From a virus, in IMG/VR virus record IMGVR_UViG_3300013772_000003, positions 1-64,000 of that record: a stretch of 64,000 nt of DNA; one strand, given 5' to 3'. The notes under the pieces were generated by a model. The model was not told the DNA's origin. It worked only from the letters and a program-made list of their open reading frames with translations, and searched no databases. Each line of letters opens with the position of its first letter. Position 1 is the first letter of the stretch. Positions 29,171 through 38,479 of the stretch are shown one piece after another. The translations under genes and the position numbers were made by a program.

Positions 29171-31294
29171 TTATAATTTTCTTGGAGTAGTTATCCCGGA
29201 TGTTGAAGGATTGTTAAAAGTTATTACCGCTCCTTCCATCACCACCACATCTTCACAAGGAGTTACTAACGTTATTGTTGCTGTTATGTCTGTTGGTGTA
29301 GGACACGCTATTGGTGTTGGAGGTGTAGGAGGAGTTAGTACAGGACACGGTGTACAGCAAGTTATTGGCGGACACGTCCTACAAAGCGCCGGATCGTATA
29401 TCGCACGTAAATCAAGCAACTCTTTTTTAATTATCCACTTCTGTAAATCCTCTCCGCAGCACGTTGTTATTCCGTAACGACGTTTCTTCATCTTGTTGTA
29501 AACCTGTTCTGCAAATTCACAATTCACTTTCTCAGTGTATTCAGGAGAACATCCCGGCGTGTTATACCCCGGTTTTACTTTACGTTGTCTCAGTAATTCG
29601 GGTGCAGGGCAAACTAAAGGAGGATTACAAAGAGCGCAAGTACCAAAAGAAGTCATTACAACCACTGGTTCAGACCCGCGACAAGTGCCGGAAATGTTTA
29701 CTGTCCAGCACTGATTTACACAACCTTTAATTTGAATTACTTGTCCAACATATTGAGATAAGTCTGTATCTGTAATTATTGGATTTTCCTTTTCAGCGCA
29801 ATCACTAAGAACGTAGCATTTCTTAGCGCAAGTAGTACAATCAATAAACGATTTTGGATTAGTAATAGGTGTAGATTGCGTACATCCAGTAGCCGCACTG
29901 ACTTGCCAACATATTCCGGGGTATCCGTCAATCTGAACAGCTTGTCCTATATACGCCGTTAAAACGGTGTTTGTTGTTACTGTTTGCTTTTCGTCCGCAC
30001 AATTCGTAAGCTTGAAGCAGGGTAAGCAGGAAATGCAGGTATCCGAGGTACTTACATACGTTACCGGTACAGAGCCCGTACAATTTGGCGCACTCATCAC
30101 AGACCAACACCCTGCATAAGTTCCGGACAAGTTCACGGTCATACCTATGCTTGTAGATAAATTTGTACTTGTAATAATAATTGTGCCGGTAATACAATTG
30201 GTAAGCTTAAAACAAGGTGCGCACGTTTGGCAATTATCGAACGCTACAACATTAGATACCGTAATTGTAGTAGTACAGTCAGTAGCAGTGGTAACGGACC
30301 AACATCCCGGAAACTCTGCAATAGTTATAGCTTGTCCTGTACCTACGTAGGCAGATAAATCGGTACTAACAACGTGGGTTAAACTTTTATCAGCGCAATT
30401 GGTGATTAAAAAACAACAGTTGTATGGAATGCTTTCTATAATAGAACACATTAATTCCTGTCCGCAAGTATTTAACGCGTATCCAGAAGGGCAAGAATAT
30501 CCACTAAATTGCCCCGTTTGAAAAGTCTGCCCTATTTTATTTGTTGTTGTAAAAATAGTAACCGCACTTAGTTGAGCAGGAGTTGTGATCAAAGCAAGTT
30601 GAGAAGGAGTTGCATGATACACCTCCGCAGCAAATGAAGCAATCCGACCCTGATTAAGCCCCTCTAATGTAAGTATATTAATTCCTGCCTTTAGCGTTAT
30701 AGGAAATACATGCCAATAATTGAAGTTAAACGTAGGTGCGCCTACTCCGGGGACAGAAAAATCAAGCGCAACAATTAACTGCCCGTTAATGCTAAAACGC
30801 GTTTCGTTGTCCGCAGCCATCCCTATACAATAGGTGCCGGCAACAGGAACGTCTACACACGCAGAAAACCCGATCCATTCATTAATCGGACACTGATTTA
30901 AAGCATTAACTGTTCCTGTGGTGGTACAATCATATTCTGTTAAAGGCTGAGTAGTCCATATACCTGCATTATTAAGTCTTCCGTCTACTACAACAGCGTC
31001 TCCCCACAAAGGGTTTACAATATTGTTAGTCACTGCAAGCGTAACGGTTCCAGAAGCGTCTTGCAATGTAGTAGGAGCCGAGGCAACAGGACGAATAGGA
31101 AAGATTAATCCCGATATATCCTGATAAAAATTTGCACCATTCTGACCATAAACACTACTCTTATTACCAGTTCCAACATGGTATGTTATCCCGTTATTTG
31201 TAGCAGCAACACTTGTCGTCTTTATACAATTCAACCCACTCTGGTCAATTACATAACCTTTAGGACACGGACAAGTATTTAGAGAAGTAGCCAA
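29171..31294 (-). CDS. Cys-rich structural protein with PA14-like domain and four ~66-aa Cys repeats
   Basis: 707 aa, TTG start, about 48 Cys by hand count; VPVAGTYCIGMAADNETRFSING is PA14-like. Confidence 0.7.
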   Translation of the reverse strand: MATSLNTCPCPKGYVIDQSGLNCIKTTSVAATNNGITYHVGTGNKSSVYGQNGANFYQDISGLIFPIRPVASAPTTLQDASGTVTLAVTNNIVNPLWGDAVVVDGRLNNAGIWTTQPLTEYDCTTTGTVNALNQCPINEWIGFSACVDVPVAGTYCIGMAADNETRFSINGQLIVALDFSVPGVGAPTFNFNYWHVFPITLKAGINILTLEGLNQGRIASFAAEVYHATPSQLALITTPAQLSAVTIFTTTNKIGQTFQTGQFSGYSCPSGYALNTCGQELMCSIIESIPYNCCFLITNCADKSLTHVVSTDLSAYVGTGQAITIAEFPGCWSVTTATDCTTTITVSNVVAFDNCQTCAPCFKLTNCITGTIIITSTNLSTSIGMTVNLSGTYAGCWSVMSAPNCTGSVPVTYVSTSDTCISCLPCFKLTNCADEKQTVTTNTVLTAYIGQAVQIDGYPGICWQVSAATGCTQSTPITNPKSFIDCTTCAKKCYVLSDCAEKENPIITDTDLSQYVGQVIQIKGCVNQCWTVNISGTCRGSEPVVVMTSFGTCALCNPPLVCPAPELLRQRKVKPGYNTPGCSPEYTEKVNCEFAEQVYNKMKKRRYGITTCCGEDLQKWIIKKELLDLRAIYDPALCRTCPPITCCTPCPVLTPPTPPTPIACPTPTDITATITLVTPCEDVVVMEGAVITFNNPSTSGITTPRKL
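29620..30416 (-). repeat. Four tandem ~66-aa repeats C(F/Y)xL(T/S)xC...LxxxxG...CWxV...C...CxxC
   Basis: Visible in translation: CFLITNC, CFKLTNC, CFKLTNC, CYVLSDC units, each with CW(S/Q/T)V and terminal CxxC. Confidence 0.85.
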
Positions 31295-31301
31295 TTTTTA
31301 T

Positions 31302-31496
31302 TTATCCGTAGTTATGTTGATAGGTTATTGATTGAATTTGTATTCCTACTGGAAAACTATTTACAGGAGATTGTACCGTGTTTTGTTGTATTACGCTTCC
31401 TTGTACGCACGCGGGACAAACCTTCACCCCTGATGAGTTAAGCCCCCATCCGCAGGGGCACCCCTTCTCTAAATTACAGCCACTGCAAATTGCCAT
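31302..31496 (-). CDS. Small Cys-rich protein
   Basis: 64 aa; CSGC...GCPCG...CPAC. Confidence 0.7.
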   Translation of the reverse strand: MAICSGCNLEKGCPCGWGLNSSGVKVCPACVQGSVIQQNTVQSPVNSFPVGIQIQSITYQHNYG

Positions 31497-31528
31497 TGTA
31501 TGTTGATTTTTGTTGGTTTAATTTTATT

Positions 31529-32167
31529 TTAACTTCCTGTTGTTGCTATCCATTGACCTGTAATATTTAATCCACTTGCCACTTGAGTTAAAGTAATATC
31601 ATAGGAAGTATTTCTTATTGCTGAAATTAGCCCCGTCCAGCCGTTATTACCAATACTAAATCCTATTCCTACGTTTATACAATTTGAAATATCTACAAAT
31701 ACACTAAGCGGGTCAGTCCCATCGCAGTCCTGAGTTATACCATTACTAAATCCTCTTGAATAGAGCGTACCTCTATCTAAATTAAAGACCACTCCTTCCC
31801 ATGATTTTAATTTCTTTATTGTAGGAATAGTCAGCGTCCATGTTCCATCTAAATTATTTACAAGAGCGATCCCCGCAGCTACTTTATTAATTGTGGCTGC
31901 ACTTCCATCGGCGGATAAAGTAAATGTTCCTGATTCTACTGTGTCACCTCCCGAAGGTAAATTATTCACCTGAGTCTGCAACGCTGTTACTTGCGCCTGC
32001 ACCGGAGCTGTGATTTGAGATACTAAATCTATTTCATCAATAACCAATGCAGTGTATCCGCCACCTACCTGCGGGTTAGGACGCCCTAATATAAAGACAT
32101 CTCCTACCTCAACTGTTTTTGCAACTGCGCCAGCACTGTACAAAGCATTAAAATCTACTATGTTCAT
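31529..32167 (-). CDS. Putative structural (fibre/decoration) protein
   Basis: 212 aa; short coiled coil then beta-rich domain; within structural block. Confidence 0.5.
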   Translation of the reverse strand: MNIVDFNALYSAGAVAKTVEVGDVFILGRPNPQVGGGYTALVIDEIDLVSQITAPVQAQVTALQTQVNNLPSGGDTVESGTFTLSADGSAATINKVAAGIALVNNLDGTWTLTIPTIKKLKSWEGVVFNLDRGTLYSRGFSNGITQDCDGTDPLSVFVDISNCINVGIGFSIGNNGWTGLISAIRNTSYDITLTQVASGLNITGQWIATTGS

Positions 32168-32179
32168 ATTTTATATTTT

Positions 32180-32737
32180 TTATCGTCTACACGAAGTTGT
32201 GCGACATCTTAATTTATCAAGTAATCTAAGCGCGTAAGCAAATAATTCCATTCCCTTCTTAGGCTCCAAACAAAACTCAACTTTTGCCTTAGCTGCTTTC
32301 AGAATACTTTCGATCTCGCGCAACTCTTCAAACTTCTCGTCTACTTTATCGCTCGGTTCGCAAGCACCTAAATCCAAATCACAATAAATACTTTGAATAA
32401 TGTTCAACGCTTTTGTAATTCTTAGATGGTTATACTCTACGTACACGTACTCATTCGGAGACACACTGTATTTCAGGATATATATTCCGTCAGGTAAATC
32501 AAAGTAGTCTGTTCCGCAGCGTTCCTTCTGTAATCCTAAATCGCAAGCTGTAAAATTATACATGAATCCCGGTTGTGGATTAGGTATCTCAATAGGAGTA
32601 GTAAACCCGGGCGTTGTAATAAGCAGGCGCACACAAGTAACCGGAGAATCCACGTTATAAGAACTTGAATCCGCCAAGCGAAGGATGCAGCCATTGAGCG
32701 TGTCTGGACATTCTAAGGAAAGTCTATGTTTTGCCAT
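32180..32737 (-). CDS. Conserved structural protein (putative tail hub)
   Basis: 185 aa; DLPDGIYILKYSV motif; directly after auxiliary capsid gene. Confidence 0.55.
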   Translation of the reverse strand: MAKHRLSLECPDTLNGCILRLADSSSYNVDSPVTCVRLLITTPGFTTPIEIPNPQPGFMYNFTACDLGLQKERCGTDYFDLPDGIYILKYSVSPNEYVYVEYNHLRITKALNIIQSIYCDLDLGACEPSDKVDEKFEELREIESILKAAKAKVEFCLEPKKGMELFAYALRLLDKLRCRTTSCRR

Positions 32738-32754
32738 CTCGGTGGAGTATAAAT

Positions 32755-32797
32755 AAAAAGAGGAAGGGGCTTGAAAAAAACCTCTTCCCCTCTTTAT
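32755..32797 (-). terminator. Intrinsic terminator after auxiliary capsid gene
   Basis: AAAGAGGGGAAGAGG...GCCCCTTCCTCTTTTT imperfect stem with U tail on minus strand. Confidence 0.65.
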
Positions 32798-32810
32798 ATT
32801 TTAGTTAAGA

Positions 32811-34154
32811 TTAAGGAGCTAATGGAGTACAAGGTGTGCAAGCCTCTACTTCTAAAGTATTACATTCTCCTGCACAACCTGCTAACCAGTTTGCAACAAA
32901 CGTTTCAAACGATCCATTGATGAGACTTGTAATGATCTCTAAACGATACTGCTCTTCTTTTGGAGTTCTTACGTTGTCATGTGTTACAACATGGTGTATA
33001 AGCACATACTGATAGTAACGAGCTGTAGGGGATCTGCTGATTGCAGTTAACTCCTGATTACCTTGTGTAATCTCACGGATACGCAAATCAGAGTTAAACG
33101 GATTCTGACGATACTCTTCAGACATGATTAGATCACGTAACGCCTTCTCACCAGAGCCCATTGATTGTAAGCCCGGACACTCTGTATAAACACAAAGACC
33201 AGTAAATTCGCAAGGATCTCCTTCAAAATCTACTAACTCAGCATAAAATTTAAGTGGTTCGATCTCGTAATGATCTGTGTATTGGAAAGTACAATCAAGG
33301 AAGTTTGTAGAAACAAACGCACCTAAAATACGCATACCTGCATATTTACCTGCTAAGAAGCCCGGAGATACATACTTATCCCACTCACTTACTCCGCCGT
33401 TGGTTCCGGGAGCATACCATGCTGTACCGTTTTGATCGTAAACAATAGGAGACAAGAAATCCTTCATGTAAGGACTTGTTGTAATTTGACTTGCCCAAGA
33501 GATAAACACAAGAGTTGAATCAATAGCGGCAGGAACCGGACCTGTGCAACATGCAGCAGGAAAAGTCACTAATTGATATGCGTTGTGGTTAAGCGCACGC
33601 AATACCGGACCTCCTTTGATGTCGATACGTAAGCTGTAAGACTCTCCACAAAGGAAAGTAAAACAACACTTTGGATCAGTTGGTGATAATGTTTTTGTGT
33701 AATTGGTAGTACCAATGTGCATCACTTGTTGTTGTGGTGCACATGGATCTACGCGATAAAACTTCGTTACCTTATTAGGGTCGATCTTACGAGACTTTGG
33801 AGTCTCAGTAACACCTCCGTATGTAGGAGATAAAATATCATTTGTAAATACCGAAGCCGAAGCTAACAGTAAAGGACAGCAACCAAGACCAGAACCGCCT
33901 CCGGCTACTGATTTAAAAGTTGAAGCATCAAACATACCAAAAGTACCCGTACCAAACGTACCAAACGTAGATAAAGCGTTGTAGGGAGCAACCGAAGAGT
34001 TTCCGACTGCGGGGTTTCCGGGGGTTTGATTTAAAATTTGGGTTGATAAGCCTGCGGTGATTACGAAACCATTTGAGAGATTTGCGTTTGCATTACCTTT
34101 GGTTGTTTGCGTTCCTACGAATACCTTCGTGGGCGCGTGGTTAAAATAAGCCAT
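32811..34154 (-). CDS. Auxiliary capsid / major structural protein (crAss gene-73-like)
   Basis: 447 aa; MAYFNHA..KVF start, CGESYSLRIDIKG; own promoter and terminator; synteny. Confidence 0.65.
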   Translation of the reverse strand: MAYFNHAPTKVFVGTQTTKGNANANLSNGFVITAGLSTQILNQTPGNPAVGNSSVAPYNALSTFGTFGTGTFGMFDASTFKSVAGGGSGLGCCPLLLASASVFTNDILSPTYGGVTETPKSRKIDPNKVTKFYRVDPCAPQQQVMHIGTTNYTKTLSPTDPKCCFTFLCGESYSLRIDIKGGPVLRALNHNAYQLVTFPAACCTGPVPAAIDSTLVFISWASQITTSPYMKDFLSPIVYDQNGTAWYAPGTNGGVSEWDKYVSPGFLAGKYAGMRILGAFVSTNFLDCTFQYTDHYEIEPLKFYAELVDFEGDPCEFTGLCVYTECPGLQSMGSGEKALRDLIMSEEYRQNPFNSDLRIREITQGNQELTAISRSPTARYYQYVLIHHVVTHDNVRTPKEEQYRLEIITSLINGSFETFVANWLAGCAGECNTLEVEACTPCTPLAP

Positions 34155-34248
34155 GTGGAGTGTTTTTAGTTTAGTTTTTCAAGTGACGTTCACTAATGCA
34201 GCAAAGATATATCAACAACTCTGATTCAATCAAAAAAGTTTTCAACAC

Positions 34249-34959
34249 CTAATTATTTTCATCTACTGTTTTTTGGTCACGTTGTATTTGAAGTAATGAT
34301 TCGATGTCCCCAGCGAGTTTCTTAGCGGTATCTACAATCATAAGTTCTATCATATCATCGTTAAACTCACTTGTTACGTCCACCGTTGGGGTAAGTCCCG
34401 TATAAGAATCTTTCACCCCTGCAATCTGAATATGTCGAGGCTGTTTGTAGTATGTGAGCGTAACGTCCTGTACATCGAACTTATTATCGGTATATATTTT
34501 AAACTTGTTGCTACCAAATGTTGCAAATGTTTCCGCCCATTCAAAAGAAGGTTGCTTGTTTACATCTCTCAGGAGAATATCTGGGTTTGCCTCTTCTCCA
34601 ATGTAAATTACTAATCTGCGCGGTTCAGGACAACATTCATTAATTGCGTTTGCGGAAATTCTTTTGAAGCGCAAGTAATCTGCGGGAAGTACTGCTGCTG
34701 TTTCAAAAAACTCCTGACGATTGTTCATAAGTAGTTTCGAAGTCGTAACCAAAAGCATCTGAAAATCATCAATACGTGATGTAGACTCCTCATCGCCCTC
34801 ACGCTTTATATTTAGACCGTGCAAATTTCGTCGGGTAAACAACGGCTGTACTGTATTGTAAGCATCCACTATTGTCCATGCAGGCAAATTAGTAAAATCA
34901 TTTGAATCTAATTTATTCAGCGCTACTTTAATTTTTAAAAGAATGGCGGCGTTTAACAT
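34249..34959 (-). CDS. Head-tail ring/adaptor protein (crAss gene-74-like)
   Basis: 236 aa; LNKLDSND, GDEESTSRIDD, LPADYLRF, LTYYKQP motifs. Confidence 0.8.
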   Translation of the reverse strand: MLNAAILLKIKVALNKLDSNDFTNLPAWTIVDAYNTVQPLFTRRNLHGLNIKREGDEESTSRIDDFQMLLVTTSKLLMNNRQEFFETAAVLPADYLRFKRISANAINECCPEPRRLVIYIGEEANPDILLRDVNKQPSFEWAETFATFGSNKFKIYTDNKFDVQDVTLTYYKQPRHIQIAGVKDSYTGLTPTVDVTSEFNDDMIELMIVDTAKKLAGDIESLLQIQRDQKTVDENN

Positions 34960-35000
34960 GTTATGGAGTTTTAGTATACAAAGATAAACACAAATTTACA

Positions 35001-35035
35001 TAAAAAAGAAATGCTCCGTTAAGAGCATTATCTTT
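35001..35035 (-). terminator. Intrinsic terminator, preceded by a GUGA (GNRA) tetraloop hairpin
   Basis: AAUGCUC[UUAACG]GAGCAUU-UCUUUUUU; upstream AAUCUCU[GUGA]AGAGGUU at 35041-35058. Confidence 0.7.
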
Positions 35036-35056
35036 TGTTGAACCTCTTCACAGAGA

Positions 35057-35179
35057 TTATTTCTTTACTTTAGCAGGAGCGTTAGTGCTTTTTTTGTTTA
35101 CACCTTTAACTACTTTAGCTTTAGGATTACCACTTGACATACCACCAGTTGTTCCTGATTTTGCTTTTTTTGCTTTCAT
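35057..35179 (-). CDS. Small Lys-rich basic protein (40 aa; possible DNA-condensing core peptide)
   Basis: MKAKKAKSGTTGGMSSGNPKAKVVKGVNKKSTNAPAKVKK; below ORF-track cutoff; AACCAAC motif upstream, terminator downstream. Confidence 0.7.
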   Translation of the reverse strand: MKAKKAKSGTTGGMSSGNPKAKVVKGVNKKSTNAPAKVKK

Positions 35180-35209
35180 TTTGTTTTTGTTTTTATTTGT
35201 TGGTTTAAA

Positions 35210-36235
35210 TTATTTCTGCCACTCGAGTTCAACTGATTTTTGTACCGACTCTAACACTCTCTCGTTCATAGGACTGTTCAAGTATGCTACCACCTCTGCA
35301 ACGTTAGCACCGCATCTTGTGTGAGAATCTGCGTGCCAAATACCATCCGGTTTTGCTATCAGGAAATTGTATATACATGCGTCCTTAACGATTGCAATAA
35401 GCTTCAGGTCCTCGATTTTCATGTCGATAGTATCCAAAAACTTCTTAGCTGCATACTTCATGGTTTTCTCTTCGCCGCGACCATTGATATACGCATCCGC
35501 ATCTTCGTATAATGAATCAAGCGGTGTAGAAGGTTTGTATCCTACACAGTCAATTAATATATTCTTCAATACAAAACGCAATTTCTCCGCGTCGTTTTCA
35601 AACAACTTCTGCATCTGCTCAATCGCTTTGTTTTTAAGCTTGCTGAGAGTAACTTTATCAGAAACTGTTTTTTCAAAACGATCTAAGTACCATTTGAATT
35701 TGTTTGTTTTGCGAGCAACCTCATAAGAAGGAGCAACTGAATCATATCCGCCGGCTTCAAGCACACGAAGTTTAATCAGATCGTATGGGTTGTTTGCCGT
35801 GTCCAGCATGACCGCTTCGTTGGTCAGACGTAATTCGTTTTCGCGCTTACCCCAAAAAGTTTTATTCTGAGGATGCACCGTCTTTACCTTCGCCCAAAAC
35901 TCAGCAGGGTCTAACTCCGCATCTTTTGGAGACATTGGGTTTGAACCAATCATCTGTTCAAGATAAATTACGTCCTTGCGAATTTCTTTTATTTTCGCTT
36001 TACGTTCTTTTTCCTCCAAGCGCATTACTGCAGGAGAAAATTCGTCTAAGCCAGTGATGTACTTTAAACCACTTCCTGAATCAGAGCAAGTAATTTGCTC
36101 TCCGTGGGTGGTTCCTTCGTGAATAACAAGTCCATTTTTAGATAACCCAAGATCTCCCGGGTCTTCTACGATAAAAGGACGAATCGCTAATTTAGGTAAT
36201 GTTTTTGGTTTGGGTGCTTCTGCTACTGTACTCAT
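35210..36235 (-). CDS. Conserved head-associated protein (crAss gene-75-like)
   Basis: Likely start ATG 36235 (MSTVAEAP); YITGLDEFSP motif; synteny between MCP and ring protein. Confidence 0.7.
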   Translation of the reverse strand: MSTVAEAPKPKTLPKLAIRPFIVEDPGDLGLSKNGLVIHEGTTHGEQITCSDSGSGLKYITGLDEFSPAVMRLEEKERKAKIKEIRKDVIYLEQMIGSNPMSPKDAELDPAEFWAKVKTVHPQNKTFWGKRENELRLTNEAVMLDTANNPYDLIKLRVLEAGGYDSVAPSYEVARKTNKFKWYLDRFEKTVSDKVTLSKLKNKAIEQMQKLFENDAEKLRFVLKNILIDCVGYKPSTPLDSLYEDADAYINGRGEEKTMKYAAKKFLDTIDMKIEDLKLIAIVKDACIYNFLIAKPDGIWHADSHTRCGANVAEVVAYLNSPMNERVLESVQKSVELEWQK

Positions 36236-36257
36236 ATTGTTGGTTATTTGTTGGTTT

Positions 36258-36293
36258 AAAAAAAATCCCACACCTTTTGTTGATATGGGATTA
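36258..36293 (-). terminator. Intrinsic terminator
   Basis: AAUCCCAUAUC[AACAAAA]GGUGUGGGAUU-UUUUUU. Confidence 0.75.
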
Positions 36294-36301
36294 TAGAATC
36301 A

Positions 36302-37318
36302 TTACGATACTTTCAAGAAAGATATAGTTGTAGATGCTGCATTTGTAGTACTTGAATTAGGACCAAATTGCACTGCTGCTGTGTTACCAGCGGCAGCCAT
36401 TAAAGCGATCTTATCGCCGGCACTAACTGCAACTATTACAGTTCTTGACATCTGAGTAGTATTCAGAGTTCCAGACATTGTGTATGGTATTGGTAACATA
36501 CCGGCGACATTTGCTCCTTGATATATCACAATACCTGCATCTGCTGGTCCTGATAAAGGAGTTGCTGCATAACTCATTTGGTACCTACCGGCTGTTGTAA
36601 AAGTAAATATAGTACCAGTACCTCCACCAACGGGACCTACCCCAACTACAGATGTAATACTTGCATCTAATAGATCACCCGTAGTAAATGTTATTGGTTG
36701 TGCTGCTGCAATTGTTCCGGGTTGAGATCCAATTTGAGAATATTGAGCAGAAACTAAAGATGTTCCGCCGCTCGAAACAACACTAAGAGGACTTGCTGCG
36801 GTACCAGTTCCCGTCAAAGTTGTATCTGTTGTTATCCCAGCACAGCCTAAACTACAAGCAAAAGATACCCAAGTGTTACAACCGGTTTTGGTTATCCACA
36901 CAGAACCTCCTGATGCAATAGTAATGGCAGCATTTACAGCTCCTCCATCTATTGTATCGCCTACGCAAGGGAATATGCTTAATGTACCGGGACCTGAATT
37001 CTTTATGATTACAGGACCTGCCGCGTCAAGCGTAACATTTCCTGTGCAACAATTGCAAGAAGATGTAGGCGAACACGGACCTATATTACAAGGAAGGTTT
37101 ACACTGTCCCCTGTTGTTGCTGTTGTTACAATATTTATACCAACGATTAGTAATGTACCCGAAGCTTGACCACCTCCCGCAAATGCGGTTATAGATTGAT
37201 TCATGTTGAATTGGTTAAGTTGGTCTACAATAGCATTCAGTTCCCCATAGTTAGCAAGAGTTGCATCACTTGGTTCAAGTATGTAAGGATTGGGGCGTTT
37301 TGGAGTGAAATGGTTCAT
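36302..37318 (-). CDS. Head fibre/decoration protein with BclA-C/C1q-like C-terminal domain
   Basis: 338 aa, G/T/A-rich with Cys cluster; IFTFTTAGRYQMSY motif. Confidence 0.55.
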   Translation of the reverse strand: MNHFTPKRPNPYILEPSDATLANYGELNAIVDQLNQFNMNQSITAFAGGGQASGTLLIVGINIVTTATTGDSVNLPCNIGPCSPTSSCNCCTGNVTLDAAGPVIIKNSGPGTLSIFPCVGDTIDGGAVNAAITIASGGSVWITKTGCNTWVSFACSLGCAGITTDTTLTGTGTAASPLSVVSSGGTSLVSAQYSQIGSQPGTIAAAQPITFTTGDLLDASITSVVGVGPVGGGTGTIFTFTTAGRYQMSYAATPLSGPADAGIVIYQGANVAGMLPIPYTMSGTLNTTQMSRTVIVAVSAGDKIALMAAAGNTAAVQFGPNSSTTNAASTTISFLKVS

Positions 37319-37370
37319 CTATTATAGTTTTATAATGACGTTGGTTTTTTAAATTTTTTATACTTCTTTT

Positions 37371-37460
37371 ACCGAGTACGGGAACCTTTTTAGGGGCTCC
37401 CGTTTTTCGATTTTAAAATCCTTCTCGCTTGGAAGTATGGAAGTGGGCGAGGGGATTATT
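37371..37460. other. Double-hairpin intergenic RNA structure
   Basis: ACGGGAACC...GGCTCCCGT (37378-37403) and AATCCTTCTCGC[TTGGAAGTATGGAAGTGG]GCGAGGGGATT; active strand ambiguous. Confidence 0.6.
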
Positions 37461-37469
37461 ATTTTTATT

Positions 37470-38420
37470 TTAATAGATTATGTTGTATCTTTTTAATATC
37501 TCAAGATATGTTGCGTACTTTCTGTCAAGATAAGTTGTAGAGTCTTTGTAGAGAACTTGAATGACTTTAACCATATCTTGTCCGTAATAGTGAACTTGGT
37601 AATGCCCCAACCCTTCCGCCTTGCTGGGATACTTATCTTTTATTCCCGCCTCTTTGCTACAAAAAATTATAAAATCAAAGACGGTTTCCAAAGTACCACA
37701 AAGCATCATTTGAGGAGTATCTTTGCGATTATAAACTCCTCCGTCCCCATCTACCGCCCCTCTCCAAAAGTCTCTCGACCATTTTAAGTCGGGATGTGGT
37801 TTGGCTGTGTAACTTTTCGCACTATCAAAACCGAGTTCTCTCAAACGATCATACATTCTTTTTGAATATACCCTAAGTCGAGCTATATCTTTGTTTTTAG
37901 GAAAGTCTATTGTTTTGTTACATCCCAAAAACTCTCTATACTTCTCAACGTGCTTTACATCATTAGAGTGTATGCCTAACTCTATCCCAACCTCCTTACC
38001 TAACTGGCGAACGTGCCCATCAGCGTAAAGAAATCCTACCCAGTACAATGCGTCAGGAGTCAGTACATCAAAACAATTTTCGTTTAAAACGCTTCCCCAC
38101 CGCAGTCTCCATTGGTCGGATTTAGTTTTATACTTAACTTCTTTTGTTTTAAGAAGGTTTCGAATTGTCTTCCGGGTTAAACCCAAAGTTTGCTCTATAT
38201 AGATTTGAGGCTTACCTTGCTCATACAGCTCTATGACCTGTTTGAGTTTTTCTTGGTACCTCTCCGCTTCTGCAGCAACATAATCAATTTCAAAGAACGA
38301 TAATACTTTTTTTACTGTTTGTTGTGATGAGGAAGTGAGTTCACAAATTTTGGTGAGAATCACTCCCTCATTATACAACTTTAATATTAATTCGGACTTC
38401 TCTCTGCTTTTCTGATACAT
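37470..38420 (-). CDS. Free-standing LAGLIDADG homing endonuclease with N-terminal HTH repeats
   Basis: YWVGFLYADGHV and DFWRGAVDGDGGV motifs, YLDRKY end; own TATCTTTG promoter at 38436-38443. Confidence 0.9.
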   Translation of the reverse strand: MYQKSREKSELILKLYNEGVILTKICELTSSSQQTVKKVLSFFEIDYVAAEAERYQEKLKQVIELYEQGKPQIYIEQTLGLTRKTIRNLLKTKEVKYKTKSDQWRLRWGSVLNENCFDVLTPDALYWVGFLYADGHVRQLGKEVGIELGIHSNDVKHVEKYREFLGCNKTIDFPKNKDIARLRVYSKRMYDRLRELGFDSAKSYTAKPHPDLKWSRDFWRGAVDGDGGVYNRKDTPQMMLCGTLETVFDFIIFCSKEAGIKDKYPSKAEGLGHYQVHYYGQDMVKVIQVLYKDSTTYLDRKYATYLEILKRYNIIY

Positions 38421-38479
38421 ATCCTTATATTTCTACAAAGATATGAAAAGTAATTTAAAATCCAATAACTATTTTATCA

